This document shows positions 1-12,461 of a stretch of DNA of 64,000 nt, piece by piece. Location: positions 396,156 through 460,155 of the forward strand of contig OZ025725.1 of NCBI GenBank assembly GCA_964019335.1, written 5' to 3'. The notes beneath the pieces were generated by a model. It saw only the letters and a program-made list of their open reading frames with translations. It had not been told where the DNA came from and did not search any database. Source of the DNA: Diplonema japonicum (taxonomy: Eukaryota; Protista; Euglenozoa: Diplonemea). A program made the position numbers and the translations under genes. How positions within the stretch are numbered: position 1 is the first letter of the stretch; each line of letters begins with the position of its first letter.

Positions 1-3000
1 CGACAAGTTCAACAGAGCTCAGCGAACCTGCGGGATTGTTGTCACGACGCCTTCTTCGGTGAAATCCATTTACCTTAAGTTCATCGAAGGGCTGCATAGG
101 ATGGAGGACACCAGCCTCAAGCCGCCGCTGCCTGAGGAAGAGAAGGAAGTGCGAATCCTAGCAAAGCTGCTCAATCAGTGGCAAAGCGCCGTTCTTGTCA
201 TGGACGAGGTGGACTTGCTGCTGCATCCCCTGAAGTCCGAGCTGAACTTCCCTATCGGCGTGAAGCATGACCTCGACTTGGTGCCAGCACGATGGAGGTT
301 GTGCATTCATCTTCTAGACGCAGTGTATTACAACAAACTGAGCAGGATGACCGTGCCCTTCAAGGACTCGTCGAAGGCAAGGGAGATCCTTTCTTTGCTG
401 TGCGACGTCCTTGACGAGGGCTACAAGAGCAAGGCACTCCAACCCCTGCCGCACGTTATCTTACTAAACCTGAATTTTTACGAAACCAAGATGAAGCCTT
501 TGATGGCCAGGTGGCTGCAGCTTTGGCTGCACTCGCAGCACCTCACCGCCCTGAACGAGGACGAGGCCGTCAACTTCCTGATGCACCGCGACGACAGCCT
601 CGTTGGGTTGATACGAGAAAGGCAGGTCCTACCGTACCATGTCAAGATGCTGAACTTGGGATATGATTGGCTTAACTCGTATCTTCCCCATGTGCTGCAG
701 AAGATCAACAGAGTGTCCTTCGGTATCCTTGAGGAGAGGGAGATCAAGAAATTCCTGCAAAACCAACCCCTGACGCCGCAGACAAGGATCAAGCTCGCGA
801 TACCTTTCATCGGGAAGGATCAGCCGTCGCACAGCAGTGAGTTCGCCCACCCCGACATCGTCATCGGGTTGTCGGTGCTTGCCTACAGATACACAGGGCT
901 GCGTGAGCAGGACTTCAATGCTGTGCTCAAGGAGATCCAAAGCACTGTGGAGAAGGAGCCTGGGAAGTATTCTCAACGCAAGACGAATGTCATGTACGAG
1001 AAATGGGTGGAAGCTGCTGGTGGGAAGATCCTTGAGCATTTCAACTACATCAAGAAGGTCGCAAAGGAGTCCGAAGAAGACATCACGTTGCAACCTTCAG
1101 AGTCTTACGCGACGGTGGAGGGAGCGGACAAACCCGAAGTGGTTCCTTTGCGACTGCTCAAACAGAGCAACAGAGAGGAGGTCACGAAGCTGTACCACCT
1201 CCTCAAGAGAACACCCGAGGTTATACACTGGTTCTTGGAAAACATAATTTTCCCGGAGTGCATGCGACACCAAGTAGTCAAAATGAGCGCCTCGGGTCAG
1301 GAACTTGGTGGGACAATGGTGTTCGGACGCAGAATTGGGTTCTCTGGAACACCATCCGACCTGCTGCCTGAAGAACTCGGGAAGTGCGACTATGAAAGAT
1401 GCACCGACGGAAGGCTCATACACACTTTAACAAGCACCGACACTGTAAGCTATAGGATTCTCGATGCTGGCTGGACAGTGCGTAGCGTGCTGAACCTTAT
1501 CTGCACAACCAGTCCACCCTTCCACGCGCTCATCGACACCGGGGCCCTCATCACTGGGATGAGCAACTTTGAAGTTGCAAAGTACCTCCTGAAACACGGG
1601 CTCCCTACTATGGAGGGATGCGTGTTCGTAGACGAGCACAACAGACAGATGATCCTAGTCCGTGCCACAGGGAGGGTCCTGAAGCTCGAGGAGTGCGGCA
1701 TCCCACCTCTGAAGAGGTTTATGTTCTACGATCAGGTGCACACCACTGGGATGGACGTGGCACATACTCCAAATGCGCAGGCTGCACTCACAATGGGCAA
1801 AGACATGACCTTCAGGGACTTCAGTCAGGGGGCTTACAGGATGCGTGGTATCGCAAAGGGGCAAACAGTGCATCTGCTTATCATCCCTGAGGTGTACGAC
1901 CTCATCAGCAGGGAGGTGAGGGCATGCGGTGGGAGGCCGCTCGATACGCCGGTGCCCCACAATGCAGAGAACAACCATCGGGTTCTGGTCGACTGTGTCA
2001 CGTGGCTCATGGTGAACTCGATGAAGATGGAGCGCATGCAGTTCAACCAGCTCTGCGTCCAAACCACTGCCAACGTCTACCGCAAGGCAGCCTTCCGCCA
2101 TCTCCACCAAACTCATCGGGTGTTCACCCTAAGAGGAGGTGTCCGCCCCACTACGCAAGCCCGCAACGCTCTGAACGTGTTCCGTGAGCCTGTGTCTTTC
2201 CATGTGCCCGAGGTCGTACCACAGAGTAAGATGTTTTCCGCTGCGCTAGAGGACCTCACGACTGCTCACAAAGAGTTCATCAAGGGGAAGGAAGCAATAG
2301 AAGTTACCAAACGTGTGCAGGAGAAAGTCCGCCAGGAGGACGAAGTGAACAGACCGAACCACGATGTTCAGATGGTACAGGAACAGGAAGACGAGAAGGA
2401 ACAAGAAGAAGAGAAAGAAGTAGAACGAGAGATTGAGATAGAACGGTTCATCGACTTGGCATACTCCAGGGACGACGAAGCGCCACAGCCGTGGCCTGTG
2501 GAGAGCCTGGGGAACCTGAAATGTATCTACTACCCTTCTGTCGGGACAGTGCAATGTGAGACACAGTTGTTCTACAACTTGCAGAAGTTCAAGCTGTATA
2601 AAAGGCGCCCGCTTGACTTCCCCGATTCGCTTCTCCTCTCGAATAACTTCTTCAACCCCTCATGGGGTGGGCACAGAAGGATCAAGAACGTCATCGTCAT
2701 CCTGGAATGGGTTCACAACGCCGGCATGATCAAGGTCAAGCCCACACCGTCACGCGACTACGGAGAGTACCTCGCGGCAAACAGCGACGCCAACGACCAG
2801 GTGCAGCGGACGCTAAAGCTCTTGGTTAAGGACGGCAAGATGGAGACCACTGGCATGACCGACCTGATGAAGATAGCCCTTGGGCACAGCGTGTCGAGCG
2901 CGGATATGTCAGCAGAAGTCATGGCATCCCCTTCGCTTGATGTAAGTGAGGCCACTGAGATCCTGAAGGGCAACGCCCTGCGAGGCGAGGAAGACGGGCG

Positions 3001-6000
3001 CCACTTCATGGCAGTTTCGCTTGCTGAAGCAGAGACGCTTCGGAGAATCATCCACATCAAAGGTAGTGCCGGGTTGCCGTTTTTGGACGGAAACCCCTCA
3101 ACGCACGTGGCTTTGAGACACGTTCCCTCCGGCAACAAGGTGATCGACGCCAGCACTGAGTTCCCCTTTGCGAAGCACAACTACCAGCACTACAAAGCTC
3201 ATGCCTGCTTCAAATTTTTTGATTGCGAAATGCAGTATTCTGGTAGCGCGCAGAACTTACTCCTACGTTCGATGCACTGCTCGCCTCCCAAGCAGCGCAT
3301 GGTGTTCTTCACACAAGTCATGGGGTGCAGAAGGAGAGGAGGGCAGAAATGGGAAACAACGCCGTTGTCACAGGTGTTCCGGTTGTCCAGCGCGTTCACG
3401 CTGCTGCAGCAGAAGGCCATTGGTGCTGTGATGCGCAGGAGGATCAAAGAGAACAACCTCCTCCTTGGCGATGCTTTCAAGGCGTTCAACCCTTCGGGTT
3501 CTGGTGTCCTGTCACCTTCGGAGGTGTGGGGTGCTCTTACATGGTTGGGCTTTGAGACCTCTGCAGAAGAGATCCTGCAATTCGTGCAGACAGCCGACAC
3601 CATTGGGGACGGCAATGTGAACTACCCTGACTTCCTGCAGATCTTAACTGGCGAGCGGGAGACGGAAGAGGACCTGAACGCTGCGGAGGATGCAGGGAAG
3701 ACCCTCCCAAGCGTCCCATCCAGAGGGGAAGAGGTACTGAGAGTGCTTCGCGCAGAGATCTCCGCGATAGCACAGAACGAGGAGGCCATCGCACTAAAGG
3801 AGCAGGAGGAAGAGGACAGGGAAGCCGCGAAACTAATCGAAGAGCAAGAGGACACCATGTTTGCCCTGTCAGGAAGGGTACCCAACCCGCACATCGAGGC
3901 GAAGACTGTGAAATTCGACTTTGCTCAGAACGCGCTGCCGAGACACGTGGTTGCTTACGGGAAGGCAAGGACACACCGCGAGAAGCCTGTCGTCTACTTG
4001 CAGTCGATGAACGTGTCGGGCTTGAATAGCCCCACGCCACTTCGTGACAGAGAGGAGCTGAGAGAGAGGGTGAAGGAAAAAGAACCCACACACATAACAG
4101 GGTGGGACATCGGTGAGGAATCGTACCTGAAGCTCCCCTTGAGGCTCATTGACAAGGAAGCACTAGGGATGGAAGTAATCGATGATGGACTGGACTCCGA
4201 AGCAGAGAGCTGGGCCCACACGTACACCGAAGATGAGACCTGCACAGACACCGACTACGACGAAAGCGGTGATGGCGACGAGTTCATGGAAGCAGAACTC
4301 CTCTCCAACAGCGAGCTCTCTGTCAGGTCACACGGAGACAGGGTCGTGATGTGGCACATGGGCGACGTAGTCGTCAGGATGTTCACAGTGCACTACGAAG
4401 GAAACCACTTCCTTGGATACACCGTGAACGGTGCCTCACGCCCTGCACTTACAAAGGTCACGATTCGCAGGGACCCTTATGAGCTATACTTCCCTGAACA
4501 CGGAAGGGGCCTGCAGCTTCCATCAGACCCTCATGCTGCTGTACGCGTGTTGCACAACGTGAGGAATCTCTGCGTGGATGCCTCAGTCACACACGACATC
4601 ACACCCGACATCAATGTATGCAAAGACGTAACAACCTCACAACACATTTCTTTTTTTTCAGATACACCCCCCTGAGCGAGGGTACCGTGAGTGGTGCATT
4701 ACGCTGGACATGAAATTCCCCACCAAGCGGACTTTCAGCGAGGTGTGCTTGGCCAGGGTGAGCACGAAGTGTGTCTTCGTTGTGTCAAGCGATGGTGTTG
4801 TGAAGTGCGATGAAGAGATCAGCGACGACGAGGTATGCATAGCACCACGTCACATGTTGTTCAGGAGTCCGACGTCTCGGTGATGGATGACATTGATGAC
4901 TTTGGGACAGACCCCTTTGGTGGGCTGGGTGGGTTCATAGGCTTCAACGGCTTTAAGAAGTACTACATGTCGTCTGACACTGAGCTCAGCGACGACGAGT
5001 TCTTTGGTTTTGGCAACAATGTTAAAAAAGAGGAGGACAGCGAAGAGGTGAAAGAGATCCTCGCAGAATTGTCGAAGATGGACGCTGACAAAATGCTGGC
5101 GGAAATGCTCGCCGACCAGAAAAAGAAGAAAGGCGAGAAGAAAGACGAGGACAGCTCCGATGAAGAGGAGGACCACGTGTCCGACAGGTCAAGCACCTCT
5201 GCGGAGAGCAACCTTGCCAAGCCGAGCACGAACAGGGTCCCTATCGACGACGGGGAGGTATGCTATGCTGCAATGCGCCTTATCAAACACATCACATCAG
5301 TGGCACATCGTAACGCTGAAAGTTTTCGAGCCCATCAAAGATGACGCTGAAGACGTCTCTCCGGAAAAGCCTGATCTCTCTGACAAGGGACAGAAGGTAT
5401 TAAAGCAACAACTCAAGTTACTTTGACATTTCTCACAGCTTGAAGACGGATGGCTTGTACACCACAAGACACATGGGTACTGCATAGCGCACCCCGTCGG
5501 GGAGGCCTACACTATAGAAGTCCTCGATTCACATGAAAAGGTAGATGGTGTTCCACGAGAGGACCTGTACTACGCCAAGCGCCCGCTGCGGAAGGAAGAA
5601 ATCGTCTTCACGAAAAAGAAAAGCGGCTACACACAGGTACGTGTCACTTAAACCAACAGCCACCGGACGCATCACACAGGGCTTTGTGGAAGTGGTTCAC
5701 AAGGATGGGGCGTACAGCATTGCCTGCGATGATGGGTCGTTCCACCACAATGTGAAGGCAGATCACGTAGACTCGGCTGATGAGGTATGTACACTGTACA
5801 CCTGTTGAATCACATAAATTCAGTACTCGCGCAAGACAGGCAGCATCGAGGAAGGCGCAAGGGTGTGGGTCCGCCCTGAGGTGCGCAAGCCTGTATATGG
5901 GTGGAACGGCGTAAAGCACGGCGACATAGGTGAGGTTGAGTGCGTGTGTGACACGACTGTGACCGTGCACTTCAGCAACAACGACTGCTGGGAAGGCGAG

Positions 6001-8163
6001 ATGGACGAACTGGCCATTCCACCGGAGGATGTCCTGCGCAAGCACGACAAAAACCCCGAGGAAAAACACCGCCCTGTCTGCCTGCAAGCCTTCATCGACG
6101 GCAAGCAAGTTGAAGTCGACGGGCAGCCCAGGGCAAGGTACACAAGGCTCAGAATGGAGAAAGGCCTACAACTCTTCGGCGGCGACAAGATAGGCGCATT
6201 GAAGATGCTTGGCGGGATCGTGAAGTGGGCGGACCTGTCAGTGCAGCACCAGGAGGAGCGCGATATCCTAGACAGCCACAAGACGTACCTTGAGGGGTGC
6301 CAATGGGCATGCAACCATTGCAACAAGGACAACCAGCGTACCATCAACACGTGCGAGTCGTGTGCCCACGCAAGGTACACAGTCCCCAAGGAGTCAGGCA
6401 CTCGAGGGGTAGTCGACACCGATGCTGAGGACGACGCGGAAGCCATCGCCGAGCGCAGGAAGGTTGTCGGTGCTATGCCACGCTCTCAGCTTGCAACGGA
6501 AGCCAGAGCAAAAGCCAAGCGACGAGGAAGGAAGTTTGTGAAGTGGGTACTACAAAGGGACGATCCTCGTTACAAACGGAAATCGGAGCAAAAGAGCAAA
6601 CAAGATGTTAAAGACAAGCAAAAGGCAAAACGTGTTATCACAAAAAAGCTTCAAGAGCTCTGCGAACAGTACGACAGCCAGATCCAACCCCTCTCGCACC
6701 AGATCGAGAGGCTCGAGCTGCAAGCTCATCAGCAGAAAACCCATGATATTCTGAATCAACAGGTTGAAGACCTTAGGCACAGAATACAAATGCTGGAGTA
6801 CGAGAAGGACATGCACGAGATACCTTGGAAGGAGAAGGAAGTGTTCCTCAACATGAAGTACCTTCCTTTGAAGTACCCCGACGAACTGGAGCTGAAGGAA
6901 GAGCACACGGAACTGAAGACCTCACTGGTCAAGCTGAAGCAGGCGAAGATGAAATGCGAGCGTGACATCAAGGTGGCACCGCTGGAGCTGCAAATCAAGA
7001 AGCTAAGCGACAAGCTGAACGACAAACGAAGCAAGAGGCAAGGCGGGAACCACGGGAGACTGGAGCAGCAGATCAACCAAACACAGGCAAAGATCAACCG
7101 CATGAACGTGCAGCACGAACGTGACATGGAGAAGTTCGAGAAGCTAGAATCGAAGCTGTACAAAGACGTCGATCAGATGCGAGTGGCGAGCAGGCTGGCA
7201 AGGATCGAAAAGAAGAAAAGAGAACGCGAGGACTTCTCCAACGACACCGACTCCGAGACATCTGCCACCGACGTTGACGAAGAAGAAGAGGACGAGGAGG
7301 AGGACGAGGACTACGACGACGACACATCATACTCCTCCTCCTCGCTGAGCTCCCTCATCATGACTTCAATCGACAGCAGCGACATGTGGAACAAGAGAAG
7401 GAGAAAGGCGACCGGAGGGAGGAAGAAGGTGTACCGAGAGGAGTCGGAAGACACGTACACAAGTGAAGAAAATGAAGAAGAAGAAGAGGAGGAGGAGGAG
7501 GAGGAGGAAGAGGAGGAGACAATGACCGAAGATGAATGCGAACAGCAGTGCAGCGATGCTGAGACAGAAAGGTCCGGCTGCACTAGCAACGACTCGCAAC
7601 ATGCAGAGATGTCTGACACCATGAGCAAGAGCAGGAGCAGTACCAGAAGTACGAGCTCCTTGCCAAGTGGAGGGAGAGGACGGCACACCACAAAGCCTGC
7701 AAGATCTGTGAGCAGTGAAGCCAGCAATTCAACAGGCTCTGCAGACAGCGACTGTGCCACTGGCACAAGCCGCACCACAGGAAGCGAGCACTCTCGTCAG
7801 GCAGCTGGACGGGGGAGGGGTGGTTACAAAGGCAAGCCTTCGACAACGGAGTCCGCAGGGAGTGACAGTGGCAGCACAGGTAGCGGTAGCACTTCTTCTT
7901 CAAGCGTCAGCTTAACTGGACTCCCAGGAAGGGGCCGAGGGAGGGGGTCCAAAGGCACACCTTGTCCTACTGTCAGCAGCGGCCGTGGCAGCAGCCATCG
8001 CAGCAGCAGTGCTAATGAAGAAAGCGATGATGACGAGAACAAGCCCCTCTTACCAGAGGTCTCGCAGCCTTCACGTCCGGTTCCCGCACCCAGCAAAGGA
8101 AAAGGCGGCAAAGGAAAACAAGGCAAAAATTCGAAAGGTAAGAAGGGAAAGAAGAAGTTTTAA
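1..8163 (+). CDS. Giant multi-exon protein, 5' end outside window: DUF3638/DUF3645-type P-loop/SF2-helicase-like region, EF-hands, HERC2/KEG-like SH3-type repeat, RanBP2-type zinc finger, coiled coil, acidic/Ser-Gly tail. Exons <1-4615, 4662-4832, 4865-5257, 5301-5396, 5439-5636, 5680-5784, 5824-8163
   Basis: Six phase-0 GT-AG introns (32-46 nt) join ORFs 59..4675, 4835..5344 and 5863..8163 in frame. Motifs: MDEVDLLLHPLKSELNFP, LAIPFIGKDQPSHSSEFAHPD, GFSGT, QGAYRMRG, DTIGDGNVNYPDF (EF-hand), KPVYGWNGVKHGDIGEV, WACNHCNKDNQRTINTCESC. Confidence 0.8.
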
Positions 8164-8532
8164 TATTTCTTTGTTGTTGTTTTTTTTATTTTTTTTTTTT
8201 TAAAGACTGAGCATGTTTTTGGGTTGTTTTTTTTTTTGTTTTTGTATTCTCCATTTTCTTTTTAAACACAACTTTTCTTTTTTTTCTTCTTTTTTTTAAC
8301 TTTATGTTTGCTGCACCGGTATTTTTTTTAACTCTCTAGCTTACAGCCCCATTACTAGTGCGGGCTCCTTTTTTTTTTTTTTTTTTAATACTCACAGTGT
8401 TTTAGACAAACATTAAAAAAAAAAAAATCGACACCCACTTATATTCCCCCCCCCCCCCCCACCAATAATTCACTTTCTTTTCCAAAAAAAAAACCAAAGG
8501 AGGGACCCACAAAAGAGGGGGGCTGGGAGGTC

Positions 8533-8564
<32 letters not shown>

Positions 8565-8571
8565 GGACCAA

Positions 8572-9420
8572 ATGGTGAGCGTGGTGTGGACACCAGACGA
8601 GGCGGTGACGGGGTGCCAGCAATGCGGGGTGGGTTTCAGCTTCTTGCTGAGGAGGCACCACTGCAGAGTGTGCGGAGAGGTGGTCTGCGGGAGTTGTATA
8701 CGAAACAGCCGGGTGACAATGGAATGGCAACAAGGGTCGAAACAGCTCAAGGTGTGCAAGGGCTGCCGCGGCGCGGCCTGGATGCCCGACGGCGACGCCA
8801 GCACCTGCCGACAATGCGAAAGCCCATTCACAATGACCACAAGACGACATCACTGCCGAAAATGCGGCAGAATATTCTGCTCCTCATGCTGCGCCTTCAA
8901 GAAGGACCTACCAACCTCCCCAGGCAAGGTACAGTCGTGCCGGGTATGCTGGGGCTGCTCCGACTCCTCAGAAGCTGTATCATACTCGCATCCACCACGA
9001 CAATCGTTTTTTCGAAGGGTGTTAGGAATTCCGGTCAAACCTGAAGACCAGGACGACGATCTTTCGCTAGGGTCACAAGACACCCCTAGTGTCGTGGAGC
9101 TGGATAATATAATGGATCATGATGAAGAGGAGGATGAGCAGGTGCAGAATCGTAGTGACAGTGCCGAGCGTCCCTTCCAAGCTCCATCATCACCTGCGTC
9201 AAGCAAAAGATCGGGTGATGAGGATGATGATTGTGCGGTCGTTCTCGGCACACCGCCGGCTTTCAAGTGTAATGGGAAGAAGAGTTCCACTAACACGCTT
9301 GCTGTGCCCGCCGTCCCTCATAACCCCTCTTTCGTCGGGCTGGACGATTTGGACGACTTACAAGTCGGTCCAGAATCTCTCTTCGAAAAACTGTCTTATC
9401 TTAGCACCGAACCTGCGTAA
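8572..9420 (+). CDS. Tandem FYVE zinc-finger protein
   Basis: Two WxxD...RRHHCRxCG...C motifs (WTPD..RRHHCRVCG and WMPD..RRHHCRKCG) followed by an acidic tail. Confidence 0.9.
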   Translation: MVSVVWTPDEAVTGCQQCGVGFSFLLRRHHCRVCGEVVCGSCIRNSRVTMEWQQGSKQLKVCKGCRGAAWMPDGDASTCRQCESPFTMTTRRHHCRKCGRIFCSSCCAFKKDLPTSPGKVQSCRVCWGCSDSSEAVSYSHPPRQSFFRRVLGIPVKPEDQDDDLSLGSQDTPSVVELDNIMDHDEEEDEQVQNRSDSAERPFQAPSSPASSKRSGDEDDDCAVVLGTPPAFKCNGKKSSTNTLAVPAVPHNPSFVGLDDLDDLQVGPESLFEKLSYLSTEPA

Positions 9421-10421
9421 GATTGGAGGAAGGGAACGGGAAAAAAAAAAAAAAAATGTATTTTTTTGTGTCAGTTTTGTTTTTTTTTTTTCGTGTGGGG
9501 GGGAGGGGTGGGTGGAATCAAAAAAAAAAAAAGAATTGGGGTTGAGGGGGGAAAAAAAAAAATGTTGATAATAAGGTTTTTTTTTTTTAAAAAAAAAAGG
9601 GGGGAGAGGGCTTGCTGTCGCTGTTTCCTTCCCCACCCCCCTCTTTTTTCTTCCCCTATTTGTGCGACGGTTCCGTTCTTGTGTTTTATACATCATCCGC
9701 TCCATCCATCCCCCCCCCCCCCCCCCGTCCCTCCCTAGCTACCGAGCTTTTACCTTTCCCCCCCTTTTTTTTTCCTTCTTACGCTATGTCGCCGCTCCTT
9801 TCTCCCCTCCCCCCCCCCTCCCTGATGGTATGGAACAATGACCATGTCTAGCATCCAGAGCTGAAGGCTTACCTTGCTGGATAGAGGCTGAAAGCCCAAT
9901 TAAACACCCCTTTCCCCCAAAAACTAAAAATCGCTCCAAGAGACGAAGAAAAAGAAAAATACGCTTTCTCCAGCACCCACCTTTTTTTTTTTTTTTTTTT
10001 AAAAACTGGTCTTGGACTGGTCTCAAAAAAAAAAAAAAAAAAAAAAAAGAGAGAGAGAGGGAGGGAGGGAGGGAGGGACGGGGAAGCGATTGGTCAGACG
10101 TGAAATTTTCTTTTTTTTTTTCCACAACAGGAGGAAAAAAAAAAGAGAGAAAAAAAAAGAAAACTGCCCAGATAAATGATAAAGAAAAGAGAAAAAGAAA
10201 AAGAAATGGTGTGTACAAGAATTGTAAAAGAACCCAAATTGGCACTGAAGGGAATCAAAAAAGAAAAAAAAGAAAAGGAAAAAAAAAAAAGAGAGGAAAA
10301 AAAAAAAGATTAATGAACCTTGTATCCGCCTACCTGGTCGCAAATGTTGATTAGGCAAAATGGCAAGCCGAAATGGGACTAGAACCCAAGAAAAAAGAAA
10401 ATGGCAATAGAGGCAAAAGGG

Positions 10422-10453
<32 letters not shown>

Positions 10454-10701
10454 TTTTTTCTCCAAAAAAAATACGCTTTCACATTTTCTACCATTAACTT
10501 CTGCCCCCCCCCCCCCCCCCCGAGACATGGAGAGCGGAATCATCTTTTTTTTCTTCTTCTTTTTTTATTCGGTGCCCTGTTTATCTCATCTGTCCCTGTT
10601 TCTTCTTTGTCTCCCCCCCTCCCCGAGTCTTGTTATCTGTCTTCGGTTTTATATTTCTCTTTTTAATAAAAAAAAACAAATTGTCGAACCCACCAACAGC
10701 G

Positions 10702-12345
10702 ATGCCTTCTACCGACTGCGTTCTAGTAGGTGGAAAAGACCTTTTGCGGCCCTCTCGCAACAGAATGCTAGCGACGAGGGAACTACGCCGGCGCATGGTG
10801 ACAGCACTGGAGAAGCTTGTGGAGTACATGGAAACAAAGCAACCCGAGATGGAAGCCGTGCTCCTCGAAAAACTAAAGAGCGTGGGGAAAGGGAAAGGAA
10901 GCGGGTGCATCAGAGCCGAACGTGGAGAGTGCCTCCGTGTTGAGGAAAGCATCATCACACTTCAAGACAAAACAGCCCTAGCTAAGCGGTTCCTTGAGAA
11001 TCTTCACGCTAAAATTGAAGATGAAACTCTAAAAACCTGCGGCTACACCCAGGACGACCTCACGGCCCTCACAACTGTCGTAGAGCACACAGAGGCTGTC
11101 AGCACTGATTACATCACCGAGGAAACCCTTACCCAGTTCATCAGTACACAGGAACCTCCTGCGCTGTCCGTGGAGCTGGACCTTTTGGGCACATGCCACC
11201 TTTCTTCCGGTATCAATGTTGTTTGTACGGATCCCGTCCACCCCAGCCACCTGTACCTAGGCCTTGATGACGGGAAGATCCTCCGTTTTCTTATATCGCC
11301 TGCGAAGGTCGACAAGGCGTTGCGCTGCCATCAGTACCCCATCCTCCTCATCAAGTTGGCCGATATTAAGTCCTCTCGGTGCCTTATATCTTCCAGCAGG
11401 GACAAGACAGTGCGTGTGCTGAACCTCAAGACGGAAGAGCTGCTCTTCTGCTTCAACGAGAACGCAGGCTGTGCCATCAATGTCGTCGTCGTGCGCGACA
11501 CTTTATACACATCGTCCTTCGACGGCAACGTGAGCTTCTGGAACCTCAAGCGGGGCACCCTTGACGGGCGGTTGATGCAAGTCAAGGGCCTCACAAACAC
11601 GAAGTTTCTGGATAAAGAAATATTTGCAAGCACGAAGCTCGGGAACTGCATACGATACTCCTTTGACTCTGAAAAAAGAAAAGCTGTGGGTTTGCACAGC
11701 TGGGCAGCACATACCAGCGCTGTGTCGTGCGTGCTGTACCACGATGAGGAGTTCTTCATCACAGGGGGCGTGGACTGCAAGATCCACGTGTGGGACGTGA
11801 AGGGGGACCCGACGAATGTGAACCACGTGTGCACTCTCTCACGGCATGTGGACACTGTCAACGACTTGGTGTGTTTCAACACGACCCTGTTCAGCGCAGG
11901 GGATGACGCGCTGATCGTTGTGTGGGACCTGATGACAGGGAACGCCTTCCGTGAGCTGCGGGACCACTACCACAACGTGACGTCTCTAAGCCTCGTGCAG
12001 TGCGTAGCATCGGTACACGACGTTCCCTTCACGAGGCTCAGCAAATTGCTGGCGATGGATGAGGACGACACGTCCGACGGTGTTGCAAGTGCCGAAGCGC
12101 CTCGCTCCATTAGGAGGTTCACCCCCCGCATGTCGACCCCCGACGCCCTATGCAGCAGGGGCACGCTCTACGACGATGTCTCACAGTGGGACGTCCCCGC
12201 TACTGCAGACACCCCTTGCATCCCCCATGACCGAAAAGAGCCTGCCGAGGTCCCCATCACCATCGTCGATTCCGAACAGCAGTACAACATCATCTCCACC
12301 TCGCGGGACAAGAACGTCATGGTCTGGTCCTTGTACTGCTCGTAA
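10702..12345 (+). CDS. WD40-repeat protein
   Basis: Repeats such as ISSSRDKTVRV, TGGVDCKIHVWD and SAGDDALIVVWD. ATG at 10702 follows a CAACAG acceptor-like site. Confidence 0.85.
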   Translation: MPSTDCVLVGGKDLLRPSRNRMLATRELRRRMVTALEKLVEYMETKQPEMEAVLLEKLKSVGKGKGSGCIRAERGECLRVEESIITLQDKTALAKRFLENLHAKIEDETLKTCGYTQDDLTALTTVVEHTEAVSTDYITEETLTQFISTQEPPALSVELDLLGTCHLSSGINVVCTDPVHPSHLYLGLDDGKILRFLISPAKVDKALRCHQYPILLIKLADIKSSRCLISSSRDKTVRVLNLKTEELLFCFNENAGCAINVVVVRDTLYTSSFDGNVSFWNLKRGTLDGRLMQVKGLTNTKFLDKEIFASTKLGNCIRYSFDSEKRKAVGLHSWAAHTSAVSCVLYHDEEFFITGGVDCKIHVWDVKGDPTNVNHVCTLSRHVDTVNDLVCFNTTLFSAGDDALIVVWDLMTGNAFRELRDHYHNVTSLSLVQCVASVHDVPFTRLSKLLAMDEDDTSDGVASAEAPRSIRRFTPRMSTPDALCSRGTLYDDVSQWDVPATADTPCIPHDRKEPAEVPITIVDSEQQYNIISTSRDKNVMVWSLYCS

Positions 12346-12461
12346 AGATTTGCTTTGTTGATATATTCTTTTTTTCTCTTCATTTACACCGTCTTTTTTT
12401 AAAAAGAAGTAATTGTTATTTCCATTTGCACGCACCCTGCTCTGATGCACCATAAAGCTGT

